This document shows positions 23,766-37,525 of a stretch of DNA of 64,000 nucleotides, one piece after another. Each line of letters opens with the position of its first letter. The first letter of the stretch is position 1. Origin of the DNA: Ylistrum balloti (lineage: Eukaryota); the NCBI RefSeq assembly GCF_031769215.1, contig NW_026782356.1:434001-498000 (forward strand), written 5' to 3'. The notes under the pieces are model-generated. The model was given only the letters and a program-made list of their open reading frames with translations, was not told the origin of the DNA and searched no databases. The translations under genes and the position numbers were made by a program.

Positions 23766-25059
23766 TAGAGAAGATACAAGTTTTGCTTTGTATATCCGAC
23801 ATGTGATTTGTATAACAGTTTATATGTTTTGTAACCAATTCTATCACATACTGGTCCATTAAATGCTTAATACGGTTATTATCAAAGACCAATTCCAAAT
23901 GTTTTGATCTAGGTATGTCTTAGTAATTGGTATTGTAGGTACCTGATCCACAGAACAGAGTTGATTTAGAGGTTTTCCTTTTAAATGCAATCAAATATAG
24001 GTGGGGGGTGGGGGGGGGGGGAATTATCCGGATGTTTTGTCATAGTCATGTTGTATCCAATTGAAATCTTTTGATAGTCTCTGTATATATATATAACTAT
24101 GTGATCAATTTTTATAAAATTCCCTTTTGATTGTCGTAATAAATCTGGTGTTGACAGGACTACAAGGCCGATTTCTGAATTTATTTTTTAATTACATGTG
24201 TGTTTCCTGGTAGCTGTTGTTTACACCTGATGTTGGTATCAAATTTTTTTTTCACACAGTTGATGTTGTTTTGTATTTTAGATGACACCTCATTGACCCT
24301 GATTTACCATTTCCATTGATATTTTAATGATTTCTTGTTTTGTTATCAGATATTTTCCCATTCATTACCCATTGTCAATAATAACATATTGTCGGTAGGC
24401 CTTAAAATTCTGTTAAACTTAGCATGAAATTTGGCTATTCATAAAAATGATTTATCGATGGCGAGAACTCTCATCTTCAGCAGCCTGTGGTACTGATGCT
24501 GGCGATAACCAGGGATGTGTTTCGTTCATTCCAATAACCAGAAGCTTCATTCCCTCATAAACCCCCACCATTGCCAGTCAAGTGGATGGTCAATTAAATG
24601 ACCACCATTGTCCTCTATTGTCCGTCTTGTTGTTGTAATTGTATCAGGTCCACAATGCCAGACCATCAGATCATAATTCAATTTCTTGCATGTAAATTTG
24701 GCTTATTAGTAGATGGCATTCTGGGAGTAGCCCCTGGTGATCACTGATCTGTTTACAGGGATACTGTGAGGCAAATCACCCAAGGATATCAACATCTTAC
24801 ATGATTTTTAGGAGCTTTAGGTGCTTTTAGTATTACGGTGTGTTTGAAAAATATTTAAGGCCATCTGTAAAGGACAAAACAGTGTCCAAGGTTATACCCA
24901 TATGACAATCAGGAAAAGGAAAGGATCTTACCATCAAACTTACCTGTCTATCTTAGGGGAAAAAAGGGATCTTAACCTTATCCATCCATCTTGACAAAAA
25001 AAGATCTCAGCCTTTAACTTACCCATCCATGGAATCTTATTTCTAATAGAAATCAGAAC

Positions 25060-26400
25060 TATGCGGTTTAAGTTAGCATATACCCTTAACTCTTAACATA
25101 AAACAAAACTATGAGGTTTAAGGTAGCATATACCCTTAACTCTTAATACAAATCAAAACTATGAGGTTTAAGGTAGCATATAACCTTAACTCTTAACACA
25201 TATCAGATGACTATGAGGTTTAAGGTAGCATATACCCTTAACTCTTAACACAAAACAAAACTATGAGGTTTAAGGTAGCATATACCCTTAACTCTTAATA
25301 CAAATCAAAACCATGAGGTTTAAGGTAGCATATACCCTTAACTCTTAATACAAATCAAAACTATGAGGTTTAAGGTAGCATATAACCTTAACTCTTAATA
25401 CATATCAGATGACTATGAGGTTTAAGGTAGCATATACCCTTAACTCTTAATACAAATCAAAACTATGCGGTTTAAGGTAGCATATACCCTTAACTCTTAA
25501 TACAAATCAAAACTATGAGGTTTAAGGTAGCATATAACCTTAACTCTTAACACATATCAGATGACTATGAGGTTTAAGGTAGCATATACCCTTAACTCTT
25601 AATACAAAACAAAACTATGAGGTTTAAGGTAGCATATACCCTTAACTCTTAATACAAATCAAAACTATGAGGTTTAAGGTAGCATATACCCTTAACTCTT
25701 AATACAAATCAAAACTATGAGGTTTAAGGTAGCATATACCCTTAACTCTTAATACAAATCAAAACTATGCGGTTTAAGGTAGCATATACCCTTAACTCTT
25801 AATACAAATCAAAAGTATGAAGTTTAAGGTAGCATATAACCTTAACTCTTAATACATATCAGATGACTATGAGGTTTAAGGTAGCATATACCCTTAACTC
25901 TTAATACAAATCAGATGACTATGAGGTTTAAGGTAGCATATACCCTTAACTCTTAATACATATCAGATGACTATGAGGTTTAAGGTAGCATATACCCTTA
26001 ACTCTTAACACATATCAGATGACTATGAGGTTTAAGGTAGCATATACCCTTAACTCTTAATACAAATCAAAACTATGAGGTTTAAGGTAGCATATACCCT
26101 TAACTCTTAATACATATCAGATGACTATGAGGTTTAAGGTAGCATATACCCTTAACTCTTAATACATATCAGATGACTATGAGGTTTAAGGTAGCATATA
26201 CCCTTAACTCTTAATACATATCAGATGACTATGAGGTTTAAGGTAGCATATACCCTTAACTCTTAATACATATCAGATGACTATGAGGTTTAAGGTAGCA
26301 TATACCCTTAACTCTTAATACAAATCAGATGACTATGAGGTTTAAGGTAGCATATACCCTTAACTCTTAATACAAATCAGATTTATGAGGTGTAAGGTAT
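25060..26400. repeat. 50/52-bp minisatellite, about 26 copies
   Basis: Unit CTATGAGGTTTAAGGTAGCATATACCCTTAACTCTTAATACAAATCAAAA; a 52-bp variant ending CATATCAGATGA dominates the right part. Confidence 0.97.
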
Positions 26401-26734
26401 CACAGCTTTAAACAAGTAGGAAGTGTTAATGACATGATGTGATTTGTAAATTTATTTTTAATATACACAATAGGAGAAATTAAGTATGGTTGCTAGCAAC
26501 AGGGAGGCTTGTTTGAGTGTTGTTATGTCAAAGCTTATACACAAATACTGTTGAATGAACCATGGATGTAGGATATAGGAGACACCTGAAGCTCACGCTG
26601 TGTGTCATTTTTGACATGATGATTTGTGTTGTTTAAATGATGACAGACTTATGATAGTTATTAGAATGTAATAACAAAAAAGAATCATTGTTATATATTT
26701 CGGGTAATGTTTATTGAAATCTGTCTTCTGAAGT

Positions 26735-27364
26735 AACAAGCAACCTTGGGTGAAGGGGGCATTCAGTTCTGTATAAAGAGAAGGTCTGACTCCCCAGGGG
26801 CTGAAGGTTGAGACCCAATATAGGAATTAATTTTGCGACTTTAAGATCATCCTACTTGGGATGAAGGTATTTTAACCATATTTTGTGCAGGAGCATGCTA
26901 GGGATAAGGGAACCTAATTTTGGCACTTGAGGAAAGAATCATTAGAGGAAATTTAGTCAAATGTTAAAACTTTTCTTTGTTTAAGGACTGACAGAATTTT
27001 GTTAAAACTTACTTTGAAGTATCTTTTGATGAAGATTTTGTGTAAGAGGTAGAATGTTGCACTTTCCTGGGGCTGAAGGGTATGGGAAAATAATGTAGAT
27101 AGATCTAATTTTTTAATTTATCTTCTGTTGCAATGACAGCATTTCGACCAAATTTGGTTTCAAACATTCTTGGGTGAAGGGGACTCAATTTAATGTAAAT
27201 GAAAGGTCAGTATGGGGGCAGGGTCCATTATAAGAAACATTTGTAAAAGTTTAAAATTATAATCTTTGTAATTCCTTTTCGTTTCGGGAACAATGTAGTA
27301 ATAGTGAGTAACATTGGAAGTTGAAATATTCAGATGAATGATACAGCCCCCATGGGCCTCTTGT
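26735..27364 (+). mobile_element. Degenerate non-autonomous Helentron/HINE-like element, 3' portion
   Basis: Ends in ATATTCAGATGAATGATACAGCCCCCATGGGCCTCTTGT (decayed CAGGTGAGCG-type subterminal repeat, CCCATGGG palindrome, TCTTGT); internal CTTGGGTGAAGGGG twice. Family recognition is from memory of bivalve repeats. Confidence 0.55.
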
Positions 27365-28029
27365 CCTACATGAAATTATGATCATTGCTTTTCAACTAAA
27401 ATGTATATAAAATGACCATAAAAAAGATAGCCATGATTGTTTTTTTCATTCGTAATGTTATTAAATTTGATTTGTTCAAATTGTTTTATACAAAACATAT
27501 TGAAAAACTAATCCAAAGTATTTCAATTAAGCTTGATAAAACTTAATCTGAAGGAGCTTGACAAACTAAGTGAGGTGCTTTGGTATCAATAGAGGGAGAG
27601 ATTGGCCAATTGCAGCACAGTTAAGCTGTATATTTGTAACTTCTGGTGATCTGTCTGCCTGTCGGCTGGTCTGAGGAATTTACGTTTTATATAAACCACA
27701 TTTTCAGATTCATTTAAATTCTCTAAGTTGTGTAAAAGCTTCTTGATAAAAATTAAAGAGAAGTGCAAAAGATGTCTTTTAAATGAAGAAATTGGCATTA
27801 CATAAGTTAACATTTCAGTCGCAGTTTTTACAAGATATCTTGAATTTGAGATAAAATCCTTCTCATATAATTCAAATCATGAGCAGTTTTATGAAACGTC
27901 TCAGCCAACACACATGGTAAGTGCAATACACTATACAGTTCTGTGTAACTGAAATATAATCTACTTTATTTGTAAGTTAAATTCACATAAATTAGTTAGC
28001 TTTGCTTTGAGATTGTTCAAATTTATATC

Positions 28030-28635
28030 TACAGTTTGTCATACCATAAGTGCCTTAATTTAACTTTATACCTTGAGTTGTAGTATGTCACCATAAGTGC
28101 CTGAATTTAACTTTATAACTTTAGTTGTGGTATGTCACCATAAGTGCCTTAATTTAACTTTATACCTTGAGTTGTAGTATGTCACCATAAGTGCCTGAAT
28201 TTAACTTTATACCTTGAGTTGTGGTATGTCACCATAAGTGCCTGAATTTAACTTGATAACTTGAGTTGTGGTATGTCACCATAAGTGCCTGGATTTAACT
28301 TGATAACTTGAGTTGTGGTATGTCACCATAAGTGCCTGAATTTAACTTTATACCTTGAGTTGTGGTATGTCACCATAAGTGCCTGAATTTAACTTTATAA
28401 CTTTAGTTGTGGTATGTCACCATAAGTGCCTGGATTTAACTTTATACCTTGAGTTGTAGTATGTCACCATAAGTGCCTGAATTTAACTTTATAACTTTAG
28501 TTGTGGTATGTCACCATAAGTGCCTGAATTTAACTTTATAACTTTAGTCGTGGTATGTCACTTAAAATGTCTGAATTTAACTTTATACCTTAAGTTGTGG
28601 TACCTCACATGAAGTGCCTTAATTTACTTACAGTT
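28030..28635. repeat. 47-bp minisatellite, about 12 copies
   Basis: Unit GTCACCATAAGTGCCTGAATTTAACTTTATACCTTGAGTTGTGGTAT. Confidence 0.96.
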
Positions 28636-29014
28636 ACAGCCATAAGGCCTGGATCCCTTAAGTTGTGTGTATGTTTACAGTGTTTTTGGGGTTTTTCTTA
28701 TCAATTCAGGATGCCTGGTTAAAAGTTTATTATAGTATTTTTGTTTTCTGGGGGGTCATTCTGAATCTCACCTTAATGTATCAAAGGGATCCTTACATTG
28801 TTTGGAGATTTATCTGGATCATAACAGGAATTGTCACTTATCTGGATCCTTACTGGAAATTAGGCATTCTGGATTTCTGCCATATTTTGGGATTATTCCA
28901 AACCCAGGCTCTTTGGATACTCAGTTTCAGTCCTAAATTTGCATCCTTGACCTTTGATATTAATAGGTGCTCATTGCACAGGGTAGAAAGTAGAATCAAT
29001 GATAGCTCAATAGA

Positions 29015-29400
29015 CTAGGCCAAGATAGTGGAATGAGTGGGGCCATAAATAGCTCAATTTGCTGGGCCAAGATAGTGGAATGAGTGGGGCCATAAATAGC
29101 TCAATTTGCTGGGCCAAGATAGTGGAATGAGTGGGGCCATAAATAGCTCAATTTGCTGGGCCAAGATAGTGGAAAGAGTGGGGCCATAAATAGCTCAATT
29201 TGCTGGGCCAAGATAGTGGAACGAGTGGGGCCATAAATAGCTCAATTTGCTGGGCCAAGATAGTTGAACGAGTTGGGCCATAAATAGTTCAATTTGCTGG
29301 GCTTAGATAGTGGAATGAGTGGGGCCATAAATAGCCCAATTTGCTGGGTCAATATAGCTGAACGAGTGGGGCCATAAATAGCTCAATAGACTTGGCCAAA
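29015..29400. repeat. 47-bp minisatellite unrelated to the previous one, about 8 copies
   Basis: Unit GGGCCAAGATAGTGGAATGAGTGGGGCCATAAATAGCTCAATTTGCT. Confidence 0.96.
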
Positions 29401-30099
29401 CCTGATGAAGAACAGATTAACTTGTCCAGTCTAACTTACTTAACCATGTCAGTGTGGTAAGCTCTATTCATCAGCTGTCTGTTTGTGTTTTAATTATCAC
29501 TTTTGGTCTGTGCTTCAGTCTTAAGACATGGATGTGTTGAAACATCTATCTTTTTGTACATTCTTCTGTTCATGCAGCCTTATGTCTGTCCATAGATCTG
29601 TCTGTCCATCTGTCTGTTAGTATATCAATTAGTGTATCCATGCCATCTGTATGTATTTAATGGTCTCGCTGCCTGTCCAAGGTAGTCCGTCTTTTGTATT
29701 TCTTTTCTTATATAGATGGTATATTAAAATTCTTTGACTCTGACAGTATTTTAAGTTTTGATTGTCACAGAATACCCAGTAGCTAATAAAACTTAGAGAT
29801 AGTATCATCTCATTCTTGTCTAATTCTATCTAATAACCCAACACACCCTCGCCCAATTCTATCTAAAACCCAACATAATTGTTTTTCATTGGGATGTTTG
29901 GCCCCAATCCCAATGGTAAATTTTAACCAGTGAAAAATCTAAATAGTTGCTATTGAAAAAAAAACAGGTGCCTTCTGCTCCGCCATAGGCCAAGTAAAAT
30001 ATTTAGGGGAGATAACTATCAGATGTTCATAAATGATTCTTTTATGAGGAATGGAACAAAAATAGTGGCAAGGGAATTGGAATAACTCTATAATACTAA

Positions 30100-31142
30100 G
30101 GTAGTGATAGAGGTTTCTATAGAGCTATAGGTGGTGATGGAGGACTGTATAGAACTATAGGGGGTGGTGGAGCTCTCTATAGAGGATGGTGGAGGACTGT
30201 ATAGAACTATAGGGGGTGGTGGAGGTCTCTTTAGAACTATAGGGGTGGTGGAGGTCTCTTTAGAACTATAGGGTGGTGGAGGTCTGTATAGAACTAGAGG
30301 CAGTGGTGGAGGTCTCTATAGAACTATAGGGGGTGGTGGAGGACTGTGTAGAACTAAATGGGGAGTGGTTGAGGTCTCTATAGAACAATAGGGGTTGGTG
30401 GAGGTCTCTATAGAACTATAGGGGGTGGTGGAGGTCTCTATAGAACTATAGGGGTAGTGGAAGTCTGTATAGAACTATAGGGGGGTGGTGGAGGACTGTA
30501 TAGAACTATAGGGGGTGGTTGAGGTCTCTATAGAACAATAGGGGTTGGTGAAGGTCTCTATAGAACTATAGGGGATGGTGGAGGTCTGTATAGAACTATA
30601 GGGATGGTTGAGGTCTCTACAGAACTATAGGGGTGGTGGAGGTCTCTTTAGAACTATAGGGGTGGTGGAGGTCTGTATAGAACTAGAGGCAGTGGTGGAG
30701 GTCTCTATAGAACTATAGGGGGTGGTGGAGGACTGTGTAGAACTAAAGGGGGAGTGGTTGAGGTCTCTATAGAACAATAGGGGTTGGTGGAGGTCTCTAT
30801 AGAACTATAGGGGTTGGTGGAGGTCTCTATAGAACTATAGGGGGTGGTGGAGGTCTGTATAAAACTATAGGGGGGTGGTGGAGGACTATAGAACTATAGG
30901 GGGTGGTTGAGGTCTCTATAGAACAATAGGGGTTGGTGAAGGTCTCTATAGAACTATAGGGGATGGTGGAGGTCTGTATAGAACTATAGGGATGGTTGAG
31001 GTCTCTACAGAACTATAGGGGGTAGTGGGGGTCTCTATAGAACTAGAGGCAGTGGTGGAGGTCTCTATAGAACTATGGGGGGTGGTGGAGTTCTCTATAG
31101 AACTATAGGGGTTGGTGGAGGTCTATATAGAACTATAGGTGG
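30100..31142. repeat. About 30-bp G-rich minisatellite with an internal block duplication of about 389 bp
   Basis: Unit CTATAGAACTATAGGGGGTGGTGGAGGTCT; variant AACTAGAGGCAGT at 30292, 30681 and 31041. Confidence 0.96.
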
Positions 31143-32299
31143 TGTAAGTTGTGGAAAAATTGTGTGCTGTTGTCTTCTACAATACATACATCATACCAGT
31201 ATGTATTCTCAGCAGATCAGGGCGTTTCTGTCTCTGCACGAAAATTAAATTTATCAGAACTTCAAAATATCTGAGGTAGTCTCCTGCTGAGAATCCAACA
31301 GGAAGTCTACAGAATGTTAGATGTGCTTTGATAGGAAACACATATCACATGTATTAAGTACAAGTTTTGTGTTTCATCATTGTAGGCTAGATATCCATTG
31401 GAGACCATAATTCTGATATCGGAAAGTGTTCTCTGAGGGCCACTTACTACTGTAGGGTAGGGTTATATGATACGTAAATGACATATAGAAGCTGGTAAGT
31501 AAGAAGGTATGATCTTGTCATGGTGAAGATGAGGTGGCATTTATATGTGGGTGAATGTGTCTGTGACAAGTGTTAATGTGATGAGAAGATAACCTAACTA
31601 TGATTTGATATTTGTGTCATTATATTTGGATGTTAGCATTGAAGAGAACAAGTAAAATAGATATTTTGGATGGTGTACCAATGATAAATCGATAGAAATT
31701 CTTAAAACATGGAATTTTTATTCCTATTCTTTTTTTAGAAAAGGTCATTTATGTGTGCTTGTACTTAAATTTGGGTCACTCATTCTGCCTTTGTTGGATG
31801 GCATCAGTAACTTAAAAAGTCTTGGTCATTCTAATGCTTGCAAAATCATTAATAATTAACAGATGTCTTGGTCACTAAGAGTCTTTGTTGTTGTTAATAG
31901 TCATTATCTGGACTTTATTATCAAACAAAGAAATAATGATTATGATTGCAATGATTATAGGATAAATATATCTTTAAATTAAGAAATGAAATTCAGGTTC
32001 TTATCACAAATGAAATAGAACTGTCTGTTTATGATGCTTTTATACTTTGTCTTTTTGGGGGGGGGGGCAATAGATGTTAGTAATTATATTTTGCTAGATG
32101 CCGAGGGGTTAGATTCTCTGATCAGGAAGTGAAAAGATATATGATTACCAGTCCAAGGTTTTTTTTAAGTTTTTGACATTGTGATCCCAGCATGCCATGG
32201 CGACATGTTTGGTGAATCGTTTGATATAGCTGTTAAAGTTAGCTTCCTAATCATTGTTTCACAAGTCTGCAGTTATTCATGATAGGTGTCATGTATGTG

Positions 32300-32915
32300 T
32301 GTGTGTAAGGCTATTAAAGTGTTGTATGACAGTATTGATACTGTTGTAAGTAAGCCTATTGAAATGATGTATGATAGTGGTGACACTGCTGTGTGTAAGC
32401 CTATTGAAATGTTCTATGATAGTGGTGACACTGTGGTGTGTAAGCCTATTGAAATGTTCTATGATAGTGGTGACACTGTGGTGTGTAAGCCTATTGAAAT
32501 GTTCTATGACAGTGGTAACACTACTGTGTATAAGCCTATTGAAATGTTCTATGACAGTGGTGACACTGCTGTGTGTGTAAGCCTATGGAAGTGTTCTATG
32601 ACAGTGGTAACACTGCTGTGTGTAAGCCTATTGAAATGTTCTATGATAGTGGTGACACTGCTGTGTGTAAGTCTATTGAAATGTTCTATGACAGTGGTGA
32701 CACTGTGGTGTGTAAGTCTATTGAAATGTTGTATGATAGTGGTGACACTGTGGTGTATAAGTCTATTGAAATGTTCTATGACAGTGGTAACACTGCTGTG
32801 TGTAAGTCTATTGAAATGTTCTATGACAGTGGTGACACTGTGGTGTGTAAGTCTATTGAAGTGTTCTATGACAGTGGTGACACTGCTGTGTGTAAGCCTA
32901 TTGAAGTGTTCTATT
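32300..32915. repeat. 45-bp minisatellite, about 13 copies
   Basis: Unit GTAAGCCTATTGAAATGTTCTATGACAGTGGTGACACTGCTGTGT; explains ORFs 32286, 32371 and 32573. Confidence 0.96.
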
Positions 32916-34159
32916 GTGTTAATGATATTGACTTGCTCTGTATGAAAACCCCCTGAGGACTTTTATAGGTAACAGTATCCACAGCCAACATCATCAGTCA
33001 GCACTGCCAATCCATATCTCATCATCTCACCTCCTTATTTAGACTTGGTATTTAATTAATAAATCATGCTTCGTTTGAATGTTTGATTATTGTCAGTCTA
33101 GTTTAATATATGGTAGACATACAGAGCTGATATAGGTATACAGAACTAGTGGGTCATCATTCAGTGATGATTTTTTCAGTGTTGTCAATTGTTGTGAAAA
33201 CTTTCTTTAACAACAGATCTACGTTGTTATATTTGAATTTTTCTGTGGCATTGGCTTTACATTTTAAAACTGTTACAGTTGGTCCTATATTTGGATATGT
33301 AAGGTACAAAGATATTCTTCTGTAAAATCCTTTGTTTTTGTGGTGCTCAATTTTCATAGTTTTTCAAAATTACTTTTTCACAGACATTTCTTTTTCTAAA
33401 TATAGCACAGTATGTCAACTTATACTGGTTTCTGCAGTTCATGGACATATGAATTTGCGGGTTAAGAGTACCCAAACAAATCAATGAAAATAAAAATCCC
33501 TTGAAAATTAATGATTTTTAGTATTAACTTTATTCAGGTCACACAATCTTTCTACCTCATGAAATATAATATATAATGTGTATGACAATTCTAGAATTTA
33601 CAACCCAAGTTTAAGAATAAAAAATACACACTTCCAAACCATTGCCAATGTCACCAGCGCTAAAGACATTTAAAAATTACAAAAGCCAATTGGAGAATTG
33701 AACTAAGTTCCTCACTTCAGACTCTCTTATAGGAAAATGTTGTGGAACTAGATGTATTTTATGTACATGTAAAGTTTATCTAGAGAAAACAATGTGACCA
33801 CAACAAAAAAATCATTCTTTGGCTGAAATTAGTCCTTTCATGGTTTTCCAGAATTACATCCAATTATTCATACAATAACATGTGATTTCAGTTGTTCTGT
33901 TTATTTTTCTTTTATTAGAAACATGGCATTTGCTATGTAACTAAATTAAATCTGACTTGTCGGTGTCCATTAAGAGTGTGTAGTAGTGATGGCTATAGCT
34001 GGTTATCCTAGATCTCACCCTACTTTCTTTGTGTTCTTGTTGTTGCCACCCAGTGACCATTGGGCTCATTTTGCTGTTCATTGTCAAATTTATAATCTTT
34101 CCAATTCAGACTTCTCAATAGCAGAGTACTCATACTGGCCTTAAAATTGAAAATTGGTG

Positions 34160-34540
34160 ATATTTGTCAGGTGAGAACTACGGTGTGGAGAGCCAGCTAG
34201 CTCTCACCTGGAGGAGTACACCTGGCTCCGACAGCTCTAACAGAGCTCACTAATCCACAGAAACCACTTCATTTACCTGGGATTAATTTTCGCATGTTTT
34301 GACAAAAAGCTATAGAGCATTTGGTCGCGAGGAGAACTGTGTGCTGGAGTACACCTATAACTAATGAGGACCTGCTCCCGCTGTCCCACCAATCTACTGC
34401 TTGTTATGTCATCGCACTGTGGGTACATATCCTAGCACTGTCTGTCAAATATGTCACCTCCAACAGCGACAAGCATTACTTCATCATTTATCATTAAAGA
34501 TAATGGTGAAATCAACCTTCGATATTTATTACCCTGCGAT
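34160..34540. promoter_or_regulatory. Small CpG-retaining, GC-richer patch with several CACCTG/CAGGTG E-boxes
   Basis: Visible CpG cluster; CAGGTG at 34168, CACCTG at 34205 and 34219. Function is inference only. Confidence 0.2.
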
Positions 34541-34679
34541 CTCCTGATTCTTGAGCTGTTCTGACAATTTACAGTAAAAGCACATCAAACTAGACTACCT
34601 GCAATCAGTTATTGTTAACTTTACAATATATTTTTCATGTACATGTCACATTTGTGAACATGCTTAACTTTGCTATGTC

Positions 34680-35710
34680 TTGAAGTTAAGGTTTTTATGC
34701 TACTTTACACTTTTTATGTGAGTAGAGTTAAGGATGTATGCTTCTTAAATTTTGAACTATGTTTAAGTTATGGCTGTATGCTACCATAATCATTATATCA
34801 TGTCAGAGTTAAGGATGTGAGCTACCTTACACATGTTTTGTTAGAGTTAAGGATGTATGATAACTTGCCCAATTACCCATAGAACAATGTTAGAGATATA
34901 AGATCCTAACAATTTGGATATAAGCTATCTTACATATTACACATTATACTGTGCTAGAGTTAAGGGTGTATGCTACCTTGCCTATTTGACCTATGCTACC
35001 ATTAGGATATATGCTGTCTTACACTTTATACTATTGTTGACTTAAGGATGTATGATACCTTATTCATTGAACTATGAATTTAAGGATATAAAGCTTCCTT
35101 ACACTTAAGACTGTGGTAGAGTTAAGGGTGTATAATACCTTAACCATTCAACTATGTTTGTATCTTAGAATTAAGGAAATATACTACCTTATATTTTATA
35201 ATGTGGTAGAATTAAGAATATCAGCTACTATGCACTTTATACTGTGGTATAGTCAAGGAAGTATACTCTACCTTGCCAAGTGAGCGATGTAAGAATTAAG
35301 GACATAAGATACTTTACACTTTATTCTGCTGTAGACTTAAGGATATATGCTACCTTGCCCATTAAACAGTTAGAATTCCTTATAAGCTACCTTACACCTA
35401 ACATCCTGGTAGAGTTAAGGATGTATGCTACCTTGCCCATTAAACTGTTAGAATTAAGGATATAAGCTACCTTACCCCTAACACCCTGGTAGACTTAAGG
35501 ATGTATGCTGCCTTGCCCATTAAACTGTTAGAATTCCTTATAAGCTACCTTACACCTAACACCCTGGTAGAGTTAAGGATGTATGCTACCGTGCCCATTA
35601 AACTATGTTAGAATTTAGGATATAAACTACCATACACTTGATATATTGATAGAGTTAACAATGTATGTTACCTTACCCACTATATGGTATTTAAAGTAAG
35701 GGTATATAGT
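34680..35710 (-). repeat. Degenerate tandem array, inverted relative of the 25060-26400 family
   Basis: Recurrent GAGTTAAGG(G/A)TGTATGCTACCTT; at about 34957 it matches the reverse complement of AAGGTAGCATATACCCTTAACTC at 22 of 23 positions. Confidence 0.85.
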
Positions 35711-36289
35711 TTACCTTAGCGGTAATACCTGTGATTTGTTATCTTCTGTTTTTTATTGATACATAAATAAATTGTGACTCTCTGCATTTGGTCAATATAT
35801 ACTCTCTACTATGATCAATAATGGAAACAAACCAGTTATCTCCTTCAAAAAATAAAATTACCGGTTTCTGCAGAAAGAACGATATCTATGTTAGCATGAA
35901 CCATTGGAATCTGGCGCGGTACAAGTGCAACATCACTTGTCAGCTTGAATTCAGTTCTCAATGAAAACATTATACACAATTTCACTGGACATTAGACAAG
36001 CTGATCTGTCCTCAATCTGTCCATCTACAACAACAGGATCTGAGTACTGTTTTATATTGCTTCTAGCATTGATTTGGTCAGTCAAAGAACCTTTGAATGA
36101 TGATCTGAAAATTCTGATTGGAAACATTGTCACATGAGAGAATCAGCACATTAAAGTAGGGTGTGGTCTTGCATTCATTACAAGGAATCTTTAATATTTA
36201 AAAATACCTCATCTTAAAATATTTCAAGACTGTCATCATTGGACATGTTCATTGTGATTATATGTTCAATATACCACTGTATTATATCT

Positions 36290-37525
36290 TTACAGTTGTG
36301 TTATATATACTGTGTTATATACCTGTGTACATGTGTTATATACCTATACACCTGTGTTATATACCTGTACACCTGTGTTATATACCTGTACACCTGTGTT
36401 ATATACCTGTACACCTGTGTTATATATCTGTACACTTGTGTTTTATACCTGTACACTTGTGTTATATACCTGTACACCTGTGTTATATACCTATACACCT
36501 GTGTTATATACCTATACACCTGTGTTATATACCTGTACACTTATGTTTTATACCTGCACACCTGTGTTATATACCTATACACTTGTGTTTTATACCTGCA
36601 CACCTGTGTTATATACCTATACACTTGTGTTTTATACCTGCACACCTGTGTTATATACCTGAACATGTGTATCATATACCTCCACACCTGTGTTATATAC
36701 CTGTACACCTGTGTTATATACCTAAACACCTGTGTTGTATACCTGTATATGTGTGTTATATACCTGTATACATGTGTTATATACTTAACACATATGTTAT
36801 ATACCTATACACCTGTGTTATATACCTGTACACTTGTGTTTTATACCTGCACACCTGTGTTATATACCTATACACTTGTGTTTTATACCTGCACACCTGT
36901 GTTATATACCTATACACCTGTGTTATATACCTGTATATGTGTATCATATACCTCCACACATGTGTTATATACCTATACACCTGTGTTATATACCTGTATA
37001 CATGTGTTTTATACCTGCACACCTGTGTTAAATACCTATACACCTGTGTTATATACCTGTACACTTGTGTTTTATACCTGCACACCTGTGTTATATACCT
37101 GTATTTGTGTATCATATCTCTGCACACCTGTGTTATATACCTGCACACCTTTGTTACATACCTGTATATGTGTGTCAAATATCTGTACACCTTTGTTGTA
37201 TACCTATACACCTGTGTTATTAACCTGCATATGTGTGTTAAATACCTGTACACCTGTGTTATATACCTATACACCTGTGTTGTATACCTATACACCTGTG
37301 TTATATACCTGCACACCTGTGTTATGTACCTGTATATGTGTGTTAAATACCTGTACACCTGTGTTATATACTTAACCTGTGTTATAGATCTTTACACCTG
37401 TGTAATAAACATATACACATTTCTAATATATCTGATTACATGTTATATACCTGTACATCTGTGCTGTATTCATGTACAGTTTCTCATATACATATACACC
37501 TGTGCTACATACCTTTACAACTGTG
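36290..37525. repeat. 21-bp minisatellite, about 58 copies
   Basis: Unit TGTGTTATATACCTGTACACC; explains the 378-aa, 422-aa and antisense ORFs. Confidence 0.97.

Noticed and set aside
24001-24022. Poly-G tract (another at about 32055)
   Set aside because: Simple homopolymers with no further structure.
26489-26500. Perfect palindrome GTTGCTAGCAAC (RFX X-box-like), and a shared 16-mer TTGTCCTATAGCAACC at 2506 and 17583
   Set aside because: Isolated short motifs with no promoter context; similar words are common in mollusc dispersed repeats.
32286-32956. Protein-like CKPIEMFYDSGDTVV repeats
   Set aside because: In frame only because the unit is 45 bp; a 2-nt GT slip at about 32575 breaks the frame, and no splice or start context supports it.
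34168-34210. Inverted pair CAGGTGAGA ... TCTCACCTG
   Set aside because: Only 9 bp, and it could be a decayed subterminal repeat of a non-autonomous element; the orientation does not fit an intact element.
35863-35990. Minus-strand open segment TEFKLTSDVALVPRQIPMVHANIDIVLSAET ending at a GTAATT donor
   Set aside because: No convincing acceptor and no recognisable homology.
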